The notes under the pieces: generated by a model
The model's input: the letters and a program-made list of their open reading frames with translations, nothing else
Told to the model about the DNA's origin: nothing
The model's database searches: none
Position numbers and translations under genes: made by a program
Assembly (NCBI GenBank): GCA_003602605.1
Contig: QQRW01000018.1
Location: forward strand, 286 to 64,285
Reading direction: 5' to 3'
DNA: 64,000 nt
Source of the DNA: Candidatus Poseidoniales archaeon
GTDB taxonomy: Archaea > Thermoplasmatota > Poseidoniia > Poseidoniales > Poseidoniaceae
Shown: positions 51,819-60,808 of the stretch, piece by piece
Position numbering within the stretch: position 1 is the first letter of the stretch
Layout of the letters: the number at the start of each line of letters is the position of its first letter

Positions 51819-51936
51819 GCTTAACCCACTCTGTGCATGTATTTGATTTATATTCAGAGATGAGTCCAACACTTGCATAACTTGCAGTGTTGTAAGAACC
51901 CACAACGCTCAAAGGGGTCGGAGCGAAGGCACGTGT

Positions 51937-53172
51937 ATGAGCACCCGCCGTCTCTTCGCCGCAGTGCGAGACCTCGATCCACCAGGAGGCGGTGCAGAGC
52001 GTTCTTTGGCGACCCTGCTGAACGGTATTTCCGTACCTGGGCCAACGCTCGAAACCGCTCCAACGTTCGTTCCCATGTCATCCGCTGCAGATGCTCCAAC
52101 GCATCCAGCGTGGACGGTGAGTGCCTTTGCAAGTCACGACAGAGGCGACCCTATCGGTTTGCTTGAACCCGAGGTGACATTTGAAACCACAGACCTTCCA
52201 CTCGAAGAATTCTGGTCGAAGGTCGCATGGGTTCTGCGAGAGCGCAAAGGCGAGCTTAGACGTAGAAAGTGGGCCCTTGACCGACACATTGCCAAGCGAA
52301 GTTCCCAATTCGCCGCAGAAGTTGGTTCATGGTTGGACAAACACGATGTAGAAGGCGGCATTGGCCTGACCCAACTTGACTGGGCACCAGGGGCCGCAGA
52401 AGCGTTTGCTTCCCGTGGAATGCCTTATGTCATGTTCGTTCGAGATGACAAGCCTTTCTTGCTCGAGGAACGCTTTCGCCCTGTAATAGAGGGCGCAGCC
52501 CTCGTGTGTGCAGCTGGGGAAGGTTTGCTGGCTGATATTGAATCACGTTTTTCCATCCAGAAAGGTCACAACGTACCATTACCAATCGACTTTACTCGAC
52601 GCTTTGGGAGCATAGAAGAGGTTAACGCCTTGCGTTTGGCTGAGCAAGCGAAGCGACCTGCTGGTTCTCCACCAACCATCGGGATTATGGGAGTGGTCCC
52701 TGAAAAGGGGCTTCGAACATCTCAACGCATCCTACCTAGGTTGCTCGAACGATGGCCCGAGGCAGAAGTTCTGATCGCAGGAGATAATACGTATTCGCAA
52801 GATCTCGCTCACCATCCAAACGCACGGATTCTAGGCTACATTGATGCAGCAGCGTTCTTCTCGAAAATCGATATCCATCTTATTCTATTTGAGAGGACAG
52901 GAACGTGGGGACGGGTCATAGGGGAAGCAGGCTTGTTCGGTGTACCAAGTGTGACTTCCGACATTGGCTCGCAAAAGGAAGCGTTGGGAGAGGGAGGCAT
53001 TCTGGTGGACGATGGTCATGATACGGATGCAGTCATTGATGCCCTGATGGCCGTGTATGAGGACCGAGAGCGCTATGGGGCACTGGCGCGCAAGCACACA
53101 CAAATGGTTGATCATCGGCGGTCTGTGGCCGCCTTCCGCACCGGGCTTGAGGATTTGTTTGAAGGCCGTTGA
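51937..53172 (+). CDS. Glycosyltransferase family 4 (GT-B)
   Basis: GGGAERSL, PEKG, TWGRVIGEAGLFGVP and SDIG...E. Confidence 0.85.
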   Translation: MSTRRLFAAVRDLDPPGGGAERSLATLLNGISVPGPTLETAPTFVPMSSAADAPTHPAWTVSAFASHDRGDPIGLLEPEVTFETTDLPLEEFWSKVAWVLRERKGELRRRKWALDRHIAKRSSQFAAEVGSWLDKHDVEGGIGLTQLDWAPGAAEAFASRGMPYVMFVRDDKPFLLEERFRPVIEGAALVCAAGEGLLADIESRFSIQKGHNVPLPIDFTRRFGSIEEVNALRLAEQAKRPAGSPPTIGIMGVVPEKGLRTSQRILPRLLERWPEAEVLIAGDNTYSQDLAHHPNARILGYIDAAAFFSKIDIHLILFERTGTWGRVIGEAGLFGVPSVTSDIGSQKEALGEGGILVDDGHDTDAVIDALMAVYEDRERYGALARKHTQMVDHRRSVAAFRTGLEDLFEGR

Positions 53173-53385
53173 GTCCAGTCTGCTTGAAGGACCCTACACT
53201 CACCCACTGAGCCAGCTAAGGTTTGGAGTGAGCAGCGGGCAACATGAGCGCCCAGCTCAGTGAGGCTCCAGTGTACCGTGTTAGGTAGAAATGATTTGGG
53301 CCATAGTAAGGGAACGTTCTTGAGCAAAAGGGTTGTCCCCGTAATATCAGGTAATGGTTATACCAGTGTCTGTTGAGGTTTTTGA

Positions 53386-54030
53386 ATGATAAATCGGATT
53401 CGGCAAATGCTATTTAGAATGCGTCATAAAAACAGCCCTTTCCCGGGGTCTTCTGAATATTGGGACCGCCGTTACCGTAGTGGAGGTACTTCGGGGGATG
53501 GTTCGTACGGCGGTTTGGCGGATTTCAAGGCCGAAATAATCAACGTATTTGTCGAGGAAAACGGTATTGATACTGTAGTCGAATTAGGTTGTGGTGATGG
53601 GAACCAACTTGGATTGATGGATGTCCCACAGTATACTGGTTATGATATTTCTAAAAAAGCTGTAGAGATGTGTGCAAAAAAGTACTCGGCTGATTCTTCA
53701 AAGAAATTTATTCACTATTTACCCAACCAATACGATGGTGAGGCGAAAGCGCAACTTTCACTCTCATTGGATATCATTTACCACTTAGTCGAGGATGTAG
53801 TATTTGAAACGTATATGCACCATTTATTCCAGTTAGCCAGTGATTGGGTCATTGTCTATTCCAGTAACTCGGAGGATCCGGAAGCAGAAGGGATTGAACA
53901 CTGTAGGAATCGAAAGTTCGTCGATTGGGTTGGTGCAAATATTTCAGGCTGGGAACTTGTTAACAAAATCAAAAACCGCTACCCTGAACGTTCAAGATGT
54001 GATTTCTATATTTACAAAAAGTCGGCATGA
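53386..54030 (+). CDS. Class I SAM-dependent methyltransferase
   Basis: YWD.RY.SGG.SG.GS.G.LA.FK, VVELGCGDGNQL, Y.GYD.S and SLDIIYHL.ED. Confidence 0.88.
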   Translation: MINRIRQMLFRMRHKNSPFPGSSEYWDRRYRSGGTSGDGSYGGLADFKAEIINVFVEENGIDTVVELGCGDGNQLGLMDVPQYTGYDISKKAVEMCAKKYSADSSKKFIHYLPNQYDGEAKAQLSLSLDIIYHLVEDVVFETYMHHLFQLASDWVIVYSSNSEDPEAEGIEHCRNRKFVDWVGANISGWELVNKIKNRYPERSRCDFYIYKKSA

Positions 54031-54053
54031 TTTAACCGGTATCCAGGCGAAGG
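53960..54053. repeat. 94-bp direct repeat, copy 1 (3' end of the methyltransferase gene)
   Basis: TTAACAAAATCAAAAACCGC...CCAGGCGAAGG; 91/94 identical to 55247-55340 by manual alignment. Confidence 0.95.
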
Positions 54054-54201
54054 CCGCTCGGCTTTTTGGTGTTCTTGCTCATCCACATTCTAAATTGCAA
54101 AACACCAAATCTGGTGTGTGTGACCAAAGTGTTATTGCCAAAATGCTGGTTATCGAAATCACACCAAAAATAAACCTTTCATTAAAAATTGAAAATGAAA
54201 T

Positions 54202-55017
54202 CTATTTGTCATTAATTAAAAGTTCATATTCCATGCCATTTTTATTATTCGGCATATCTAACTTATGAGGTAAATTGTAGTCTGTTGAAACATTTGAGTG
54301 TTTGGAAAAAGTTACCTCCAATACAAGGGGCAAATCATCATCTTCGCGTAATGGACGGAAATTATTAGCATGAACATGAACTAAATTTAAACTCAATTCA
54401 TTTATGAACTTTTCAATTTTGTTAAGATGTATATCAACATCATGAAACTCAAGCACTAAGCCAGTAATTCTCTCTTCATTAGCGACAATGTCATGCAAGA
54501 TCCGATATTCAGATCCTTCTATATCAATTTTCAAAAAAATATTGTTACTTTCAGTTTGATTTAAAACATCCATAAAAGTGCAGTACTGCTCACTTTTAAT
54601 ATTCGAGCCTACAAATTTTTGGAGATGATTAACATTTGGTTGAGTTTTAATATCCATGCTTACAAATTTTGTGATATGATTAACATTTGATTGAGAGAAG
54701 AATTTTCTATAATTTAAGAGCACATTTAGCGAATTCAGAAAGCGTTTAAATCTATAAATCCTTAATGCAGATCCCAAGAGGCGTCTGAAGAAAATTCTTT
54801 CACTAACACTCGCATCATAAGCCTCTATGGATACTTTTTTTTGATTTAAGAAATCCTCTTCAAAACTCCAATCATCACTAATACCAAATCCTAAAAGTAA
54901 ATCTGTTTGTTCAATGTCTGATTTTGAAACGAGATATCCTCCATCATAATCCCTTCCAATTCGGACTAAATCCGTTGATTGCTTTATTGAAAAGAAATGT
55001 GGTAGTCGTGCTTTCAT
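54202..55017 (-). CDS. FkbM-like methyltransferase, AT-rich
   Basis: L.RIG...DGGY, FGISDDWSFE, FLKIDIEGSEY, EFH, LVHVHANN and LEVTF; start taken at MKARLP. Confidence 0.85.
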   Translation of the reverse strand: MKARLPHFFSIKQSTDLVRIGRDYDGGYLVSKSDIEQTDLLLGFGISDDWSFEEDFLNQKKVSIEAYDASVSERIFFRRLLGSALRIYRFKRFLNSLNVLLNYRKFFSQSNVNHITKFVSMDIKTQPNVNHLQKFVGSNIKSEQYCTFMDVLNQTESNNIFLKIDIEGSEYRILHDIVANEERITGLVLEFHDVDIHLNKIEKFINELSLNLVHVHANNFRPLREDDDLPLVLEVTFSKHSNVSTDYNLPHKLDMPNNKNGMEYELLINDK

Positions 55018-55246
55018 AATGTTATGGACAGGAGGAGGGGCAATAAGTGTTTTTGAATGGTTGATAATATCTGTTGCTAAGGGCAGACGCTGGGAAAAAG
55101 TCCCATGTTCCTTCTTTAGTAAGGGGTTATCCGAAACCCCTTTGCATTTTATATCCCGATACATGGGGATTCAGTGGGTCGATACAGACGCTCCCCTCTG
55201 CTTGACCCATCTTGAAGGCGCAGGGTTATGATGGAGGCTATCTCGT

Positions 55247-55340
55247 TTAACAAAATCAAAAACCGCTACCCTGAACGTTCAAGATCTGATTTCTATATTT
55301 ACAAAAAGTCGGCATCATTTAACCGGCATCCAGGCGAAGG
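55247..55340. repeat. 94-bp direct repeat, copy 2 (orphan duplicate of the methyltransferase 3' end)
   Basis: Encodes the same NKIKNRYPERSR.DFYIYKKSA peptide; the TGA stop reads TCA here. Confidence 0.95.
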
Positions 55341-55353
55341 TCCAACCTACCGT

Positions 55354-56250
55354 TTACCCTTGCTCAAGAAGACGTTCTTGTTCTGCGAGCAGAGCATAGG
55401 TGCTGGGAAGGAAGGTCTGGCGAAGTTGCACATCGTTTTGTTGTTCAGAAACATTGGTCTTATGCAGGGCTTGTTCTTGGCTCCCAGGTATATTGTCAAA
55501 TTCAATGCTTTCCTCTGCTACTAAACCAATACCAACGCCGTGTTCAATGGATTGAAATGTGAGCCAAATGTCATCGGCTCGGGGACATGTTTCCCTAAAT
55601 CCATCTCCTGCCTTCCGCATTATCTCAAGGAAATTCGGGGGAAACAATACTCCTGAGACACACGTGGCAAAATTCAGATGACTCGGTCCTTTAATTCCGG
55701 GTGGCCACGAATTATAGGGGGCGAGCCCTTTCTTGTCATCACTGAGAACTATTCTGTGTGCTCGATGTGCCATGACTGAAGTTGGTTCACGTTGTGCTGC
55801 TTCAAGGATGCGTTCCAGCCACCAATTTGGATAGAATATATCGTCGTCGGCAACAATATGTGGGCGAGAAAAATCTGGAGCGTTTTGAATCCACCACTGT
55901 ATCTTCGTATGCGGACCGAGATTTTCAGCCAGATGGATTTCCAAACCTCGTTTCATCAGCCGTTTCAAGGCCTTAGTTGGATGCAATACATCTTTCTCTA
56001 CATCTAAATAAAGCATGAATCTTGAGGGGAGAACCGTCCCCTTAGCAATTGTCTCGATGGCGATGTGGGCAGTTTTCAAGCGTTGCCCGTAGGTTGTCAT
56101 TGAGACAGTGGGGCCTTCTGGATGAAGGATGGAGGAAGAAGTGAAACGGTTTCTCAATCCGAGACGAAATGCTCTCAACGGCAGCAGAATCCTCTTTAGA
56201 TGATTTCGGAGGTAGGATTTCACATTGGGAACTCTCATGCACTTTACCAA
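55354..56250 (-). CDS. GT-A fold glycosyltransferase-like protein
   Basis: VSMTTYG.R, LGPH.K, ADDDIFYP, AHRAH, GVLFPP and ADDIW. Start uncertain. Confidence 0.78.
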   Translation of the reverse strand: MVKCMRVPNVKSYLRNHLKRILLPLRAFRLGLRNRFTSSSILHPEGPTVSMTTYGQRLKTAHIAIETIAKGTVLPSRFMLYLDVEKDVLHPTKALKRLMKRGLEIHLAENLGPHTKIQWWIQNAPDFSRPHIVADDDIFYPNWWLERILEAAQREPTSVMAHRAHRIVLSDDKKGLAPYNSWPPGIKGPSHLNFATCVSGVLFPPNFLEIMRKAGDGFRETCPRADDIWLTFQSIEHGVGIGLVAEESIEFDNIPGSQEQALHKTNVSEQQNDVQLRQTFLPSTYALLAEQERLLEQG

Positions 56251-56368
56251 CGTTGTTGATTCAAAGGGCTAATTCGCGTATTCTTATACCTTTCCCAGCA
56301 CTGGTGCTACCGAAGAAAACGATACACTGCAGTTCACATCATGAGGCCAGTATCTGTTCTGGATCTTC

Positions 56369-56929
56369 TTACACTCCGAGAACAGTGACAAATCTTTGAA
56401 CAGTATCTTGAAATTTTTTCCTCCACCCCTTTTCTTTGGAGTTTTTATGGAATACTGTGATTTCAAGTTCCCAATCTTCACCCCACAAAGTGCTACCTTG
56501 AATCCATATCCCACTTGAACCTCCCGAACCTTTTCCATCGCCGGTATCTTCGGCGATATTCATTTTCACCTTCTTCACTTCGGACAATTTGTGTTCAAAG
56601 GTTTGATCGATTTTGCCAAAGAGCGTGGAACGAAGTTCCAATGTGTCACGGCCTTTATCGATTTGAATCACATAAATGCGTAACAGTCCACGTTGAGTTC
56701 TGAAAATGAGGTAGGGTATGACGGCGTAAAACGGCCCAATACAGATGGTGCCTAAAATGCCAAGAACCATTTCTCGTCTCCCAGTTTGAATCACATCCGT
56801 AAGTGATGTCAAAGGGAGCACGATGGAAAATACCAATAGAGGAATAAGGAAAATGGAAATGAATACTTTTTCATGAAAAGGATACTCTCCTTTTTCTTGA
56901 TATTGAGCAGCATGGGTTTCTTGTTCCAC
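56369..56929 (-). CDS. Hypothetical two-TM membrane protein
   Basis: Two TM helices followed by a beta-rich soluble domain; AT-rich. Confidence 0.65.
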   Translation of the reverse strand: MEQETHAAQYQEKGEYPFHEKVFISIFLIPLLVFSIVLPLTSLTDVIQTGRREMVLGILGTICIGPFYAVIPYLIFRTQRGLLRIYVIQIDKGRDTLELRSTLFGKIDQTFEHKLSEVKKVKMNIAEDTGDGKGSGGSSGIWIQGSTLWGEDWELEITVFHKNSKEKGWRKKFQDTVQRFVTVLGV

Positions 56930-57048
56930 AATTGAACTCGCGCGATTCTATTTTTAATCTATACCCCTGCGTATTGGTCTCGCTGCACAACAGAACAGAG
57001 AGAACTTCTGAGCGGAGTATTCATGGGTGGGTTTTTGCTGGCACTGCT

Positions 57049-59139
57049 ATGCAACCTATTCAGCGTGTAGCAATCGTCGGTGCGGGAAACATGGGTTCCG
57101 GTATCGCTCAGAAAACGGCTCAGGAAGAATTCGACGTCCAGATGGTTGACAGAGAGCAACAGTGGGTCGACCGCGGGCAAGGCATCATTCGTGATTTCCT
57201 CTCTGAGGCAGTAGAACGGCGCATTTTTTCACCGGCTCAAGTCGAGGCGATCCAAGGTCGAATTACGGGAGTTGTTGGCGTTGAAAACACAGCCGCAAAC
57301 ACCGACCTCGTTATCGAGGCTGTTTTCGAAGATTTTGACATTAAAACGGCAGTTTTCAACACATTGGACTCTGCATGTGGGCCCGAAACAATTCTTGCCT
57401 CTAACACGTCTTCGCTTTCCGTGAATGCCCTTGCTGAAGCAACGGGTCGAGCTGACCGGTTCGTTGGATTGCACTTTTTCTACCACCCGGCAAAGAACCG
57501 CTTAGTCGAGGTTATTCCAGCTGAAGCATCAAGCGCTGAAACAGTCGAGAAGGTCGTTCAATACTGTAAGATGTTGGGTAAAGTGGTCATTGTTTGTGGC
57601 GACCGACCAGGATTTGTAGTCAATCGATTCTTTGTTCCATGGCTCAATGAAGCATGTTTACTGCTTGAAGAGGGCGTTGCTACCGCTGCACAAATTGATG
57701 CAGCAGCATGCAAAGCGTTCCGAATTGGTTTGGGACCCTTTGGCCTCATGAACCTCACAGGCCCACCGATTGCTCTGCATTCTACGGATTACCTTGCTGA
57801 ACAACTTCATACTCCTCGCTACACCGGTGCTCAAAATCTACGGGATCTCATCGAAGCAAATGAGCACTGGGATGTATCTGGCGATCAAACATACTCTCCT
57901 GAACAGTACGCTGCAGTCGCAGAGCGACTCTACGGTGTCGTCTTTGGCGTTGCAGCACAAATTGTCGAAGAAGGCGTTTGTTCGATGGAAGATGTGGACC
58001 GCGGGGCGAAAGTTGGACTACGCTGGGCGCGAGGACCTTTCGAAATGATGAACCGTGTTGGTATTCAAGAAGCGCATCGCATGGCACAAGCTTACGCAGA
58101 TTTGAGTGCTGAAACCGACCCTGGACGCTCATGGACCGTTCCTGAATACTTTTCCAAGCAAGCGCAAGCAAACCAAGGATGGAACTTCTCGTACGTCGAT
58201 GTAAGCATCGAATCTGGAGTTGCCACGCTCACTATCAATCGACCCGAAGCCATGAATGCGCTCAATGAAACGGTCGTTGGACAACTGAACGATGCTCTTG
58301 ACCTTGTCAATGCTGATGCAGAAGTTCACACCATTGTACTCGATGGTGCTGGAAAGGCATTTGTTGCCGGCGCGGATGTCAAGTTTTTCGTTGATAAAAT
58401 TAGAGCGGAATCAATCCCTGACATCGTTACATTTACCGCTGATGGACACACCATGCTCAACAAATTGGAATCATCAAAGAAGACCACTGTTGCATTGACG
58501 ACAGGTCTTGCTCTTGGCGGTGGTTTGGAATTGGCTCTTGCTTGTGACTATCGAATCGGTACTCGGCGTACACAATTCCGTTTCCCGGAGACCTCCATCG
58601 GTATTTACCCTGGATTGGGTGGTACGCAACGCCCTGCACGTATTTGCGGCATTCCAGCTGCACGCTGGTCTGTTCTCGCTGGAAATTTCATGGATGCACA
58701 AACTGGATATGACCTTGGTCTTCTCACACACTTGGTTGATGTGGCTTCGGTTGATTCATGCGTTGCAGAATTGGCATCGGCCGGTAAACCGGACAACAAA
58801 TACCCCGGTGCACCTACAAACCCTACCAGTCCAGCAGCTGCTTTTGCTGCCTCGTTTTACAGCGATGAGAACATGGCATCCATCTTGAACGGGACATGCC
58901 CAGAAGGGTTTGACGCCGAGGATAAGATCGTCTCACGGCAATTGAAATCGCTCTCTCGAACCGCGCCAATTGCTTTGAAGATGGCCAGCGATTTGATCGA
59001 CGCCACTTCGACCACTGAATTGCCTGCAGGGCTTCAGATGGAACTCGACCAGTTGACAGATATTTTCTCAACCGCAGATTCATTGGAAGGTTTGTCTGCA
59101 CTCATCGAAGGTCGAAAACCGTCGTATTCAAACTCGTGA
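57049..59139 (+). CDS. 3-hydroxyacyl-CoA dehydrogenase / enoyl-CoA hydratase fusion (archaeal order)
   Basis: GAGNMGSGIA, IEAVFED, ASNTSS, GLHFF.. P and PGFVVNR; then NRPEAMNALN, AFVAGAD, GGGLELA and PE...G.YPG.GGTQR. Confidence 0.95.
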   Translation: MQPIQRVAIVGAGNMGSGIAQKTAQEEFDVQMVDREQQWVDRGQGIIRDFLSEAVERRIFSPAQVEAIQGRITGVVGVENTAANTDLVIEAVFEDFDIKTAVFNTLDSACGPETILASNTSSLSVNALAEATGRADRFVGLHFFYHPAKNRLVEVIPAEASSAETVEKVVQYCKMLGKVVIVCGDRPGFVVNRFFVPWLNEACLLLEEGVATAAQIDAAACKAFRIGLGPFGLMNLTGPPIALHSTDYLAEQLHTPRYTGAQNLRDLIEANEHWDVSGDQTYSPEQYAAVAERLYGVVFGVAAQIVEEGVCSMEDVDRGAKVGLRWARGPFEMMNRVGIQEAHRMAQAYADLSAETDPGRSWTVPEYFSKQAQANQGWNFSYVDVSIESGVATLTINRPEAMNALNETVVGQLNDALDLVNADAEVHTIVLDGAGKAFVAGADVKFFVDKIRAESIPDIVTFTADGHTMLNKLESSKKTTVALTTGLALGGGLELALACDYRIGTRRTQFRFPETSIGIYPGLGGTQRPARICGIPAARWSVLAGNFMDAQTGYDLGLLTHLVDVASVDSCVAELASAGKPDNKYPGAPTNPTSPAAAFAASFYSDENMASILNGTCPEGFDAEDKIVSRQLKSLSRTAPIALKMASDLIDATSTTELPAGLQMELDQLTDIFSTADSLEGLSALIEGRKPSYSNS

Positions 59140-59379
59140 TTATGCCCATTGGTTCTGGAGCTCTTCCATCTGTTTGATGAGCGCCACGATATCCAATGTT
59201 TCATCCTGCTCGTGAGCAAGTTCGATTCGATTCTTGACTGCTTGAACAAATTCTTGTTCTGGTTTTACACCAGTGATGTTTTCGATGAAGTCATCCAGTG
59301 AAGTGCCTTTTCCTTGAGCAATTGCAATTCGTGCTTTGATTTTCTCAGCGTCGTCCTTAGGTTTTCGGATTCCACTCAT
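59140..59379 (-). CDS. Small helical hypothetical protein, last gene of the E1-JAB operon
   Basis: 79 aa; ATGA overlap with the JAB gene; GAGGTGA RBS upstream. Confidence 0.75.
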   Translation of the reverse strand: MSGIRKPKDDAEKIKARIAIAQGKGTSLDDFIENITGVKPEQEFVQAVKNRIELAHEQDETLDIVALIKQMEELQNQWA

Positions 59380-59927
59380 GCTCTCACCTCTTCGGTGTTG
59401 AGGTTGCTTTCATACCAATCACCCCAAGGAATAATTTCTTCATCTGACCAATCATTCAACGGGCCGTTGGATGCAATTCTTGCCGTGTCTTCAGTCAACG
59501 GTAGCATGGTGGCGTTGTGAGCACATTTGACTCCAGGTGACCCGAGAACCATTGCTTTCTCAACGATACCTACTCCGATGGAGAGGCTTCGAGTATCTGT
59601 TCCGGACCAGTACGCACTGAATCCTGGATGTGTATGTACCCAGAGTTTGAACGGTGCAACACAACCAATCGGTGGTGAAAGTTGGACGAAACCGGAGGTT
59701 CCCCAATCGATCGAGATGACATTCTCTGCATCGATAAGCACCGATGTCTCAAGACCAGCGAGAACCGATATTGCATAGACGACATCCCATCGACCGTTCT
59801 GTGCTGCACGCTGTTGTACATCGAGCAAGACTTCGTCGTCAATTTGCCGTTGCTGAGCCATTTCAGTCACATGAGACCACATCTCTTCATCGACATTCAG
59901 TTGTTCTAGTCCGGGAATGAATATCAT
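59376..59927 (-). CDS. JAB/MPN+ (JAMM) metalloisopeptidase
   Basis: Candidate catalytic Glu in GLETSV; WVHTHPGFSAYWSGTD matches H-x-H-x7-S-x2-D; ATGA overlap with the E1 gene and GGAGGTGA RBS. Confidence 0.85.
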   Translation of the reverse strand: MIFIPGLEQLNVDEEMWSHVTEMAQQRQIDDEVLLDVQQRAAQNGRWDVVYAISVLAGLETSVLIDAENVISIDWGTSGFVQLSPPIGCVAPFKLWVHTHPGFSAYWSGTDTRSLSIGVGIVEKAMVLGSPGVKCAHNATMLPLTEDTARIASNGPLNDWSDEEIIPWGDWYESNLNTEEVRA

Positions 59928-60577
59928 GCATTCACCTCCATTGACGAGCTGCTTACCTTCGGGAATTCGAAACTCCCGTATGTGAGGCTTCCAATCGATT
60001 GCAACGGCGCACGCTTTTCTCTCAATTGCTGCAGAATCCATTGAGCACCGAACGTCCCAGCGATGGAAAATCCAAATTCAAGATTTCCTGCATCGAGCGC
60101 TCCCTCCACTTGGCAACTCATCGGTTCGTGGTCGGGTGTCATTTGAGCCACTAATTCTGGGTTGGAATCTGAAGTGAATACCATCCAACCATCACCAGAG
60201 CATCGTAAATCAATCCAAGGCACATCAAGGGAATGAACGAGGCGACGTGGCTCAGGTCTGTCGACACAGACCACAATCAAATCATATCCCTTAAGTTGTT
60301 CAAACTGCCTCAAGTTTTCGGCAACTGAGCGTACTTGGATGCCATTGGCGTTGGACCATTTGCCTGCGAGAGCATCCACTTTGAATGCCCCAATATCGGA
60401 AGCAGTGTAGTTTTGATGACCGAGGTTTGAGGCTTCAACAGTATCACCATCCATTAGGGTAATTTGGGCACTGAGTTGTATTCGATCAAGTGCTGGAACG
60501 AGTAGGTCGACAACGGTTGTTCCGATGCCTCCGGCACCAACTATCAGCAGCGATTTTGGCGATGATTTTTCATCCAT
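59924..60577 (-). CDS. ThiF/E1-family adenylyltransferase without Zn-binding CxxC pairs
   Basis: IVGAGGIG, DGDTVEASNLGHQ, DIG.FKV, DLIVVCVD and WIDLR. Confidence 0.9.
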   Translation of the reverse strand: MDEKSSPKSLLIVGAGGIGTTVVDLLVPALDRIQLSAQITLMDGDTVEASNLGHQNYTASDIGAFKVDALAGKWSNANGIQVRSVAENLRQFEQLKGYDLIVVCVDRPEPRRLVHSLDVPWIDLRCSGDGWMVFTSDSNPELVAQMTPDHEPMSCQVEGALDAGNLEFGFSIAGTFGAQWILQQLREKRAPLQSIGSLTYGSFEFPKVSSSSMEVNA

Positions 60578-60808
60578 GAGGACTTAAGAAATCGACCTTA
60601 CATAAACTTCGAGGAAGGTGATTCACCAACGGTTTGGATTGACCCTGCTGTCATGAATGCTATGGTCGTTGGAATACTCTGCGTTTTCTTTATGCCTTCA
60701 ACTGAATAAGAGAGAACAAAACTAAATAGCAAAAACAAGGAGAGAAATATATGGCAAGTGCTTCAACAAGAGTGTGGGCACACAATCAAGTTCAACTGAG
60801 GTTTTGAC

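Noticed and set aside
53205-53262. Stem CACTGAGC...GCTCAGTG as an ncRNA or tRNA
   Set aside because: Only an 8-bp stem, with no cloverleaf or T-loop consensus; insufficient support.
53960-55340. IS element or transposon
   Set aside because: No transposase or terminal inverted repeats, and 94 bp is far longer than a typical target-site duplication.
55228-55524. 98-aa ORF as a real gene
   Set aside because: It is the duplicated methyltransferase tail read through a TGA-to-TCA change and runs antisense into the GT-A gene.
59140-59379. 79-aa ORF as a SAMP/ubiquitin-like modifier
   Set aside because: Helical pattern and no C-terminal Gly-Gly; it does not resemble a beta-grasp fold.
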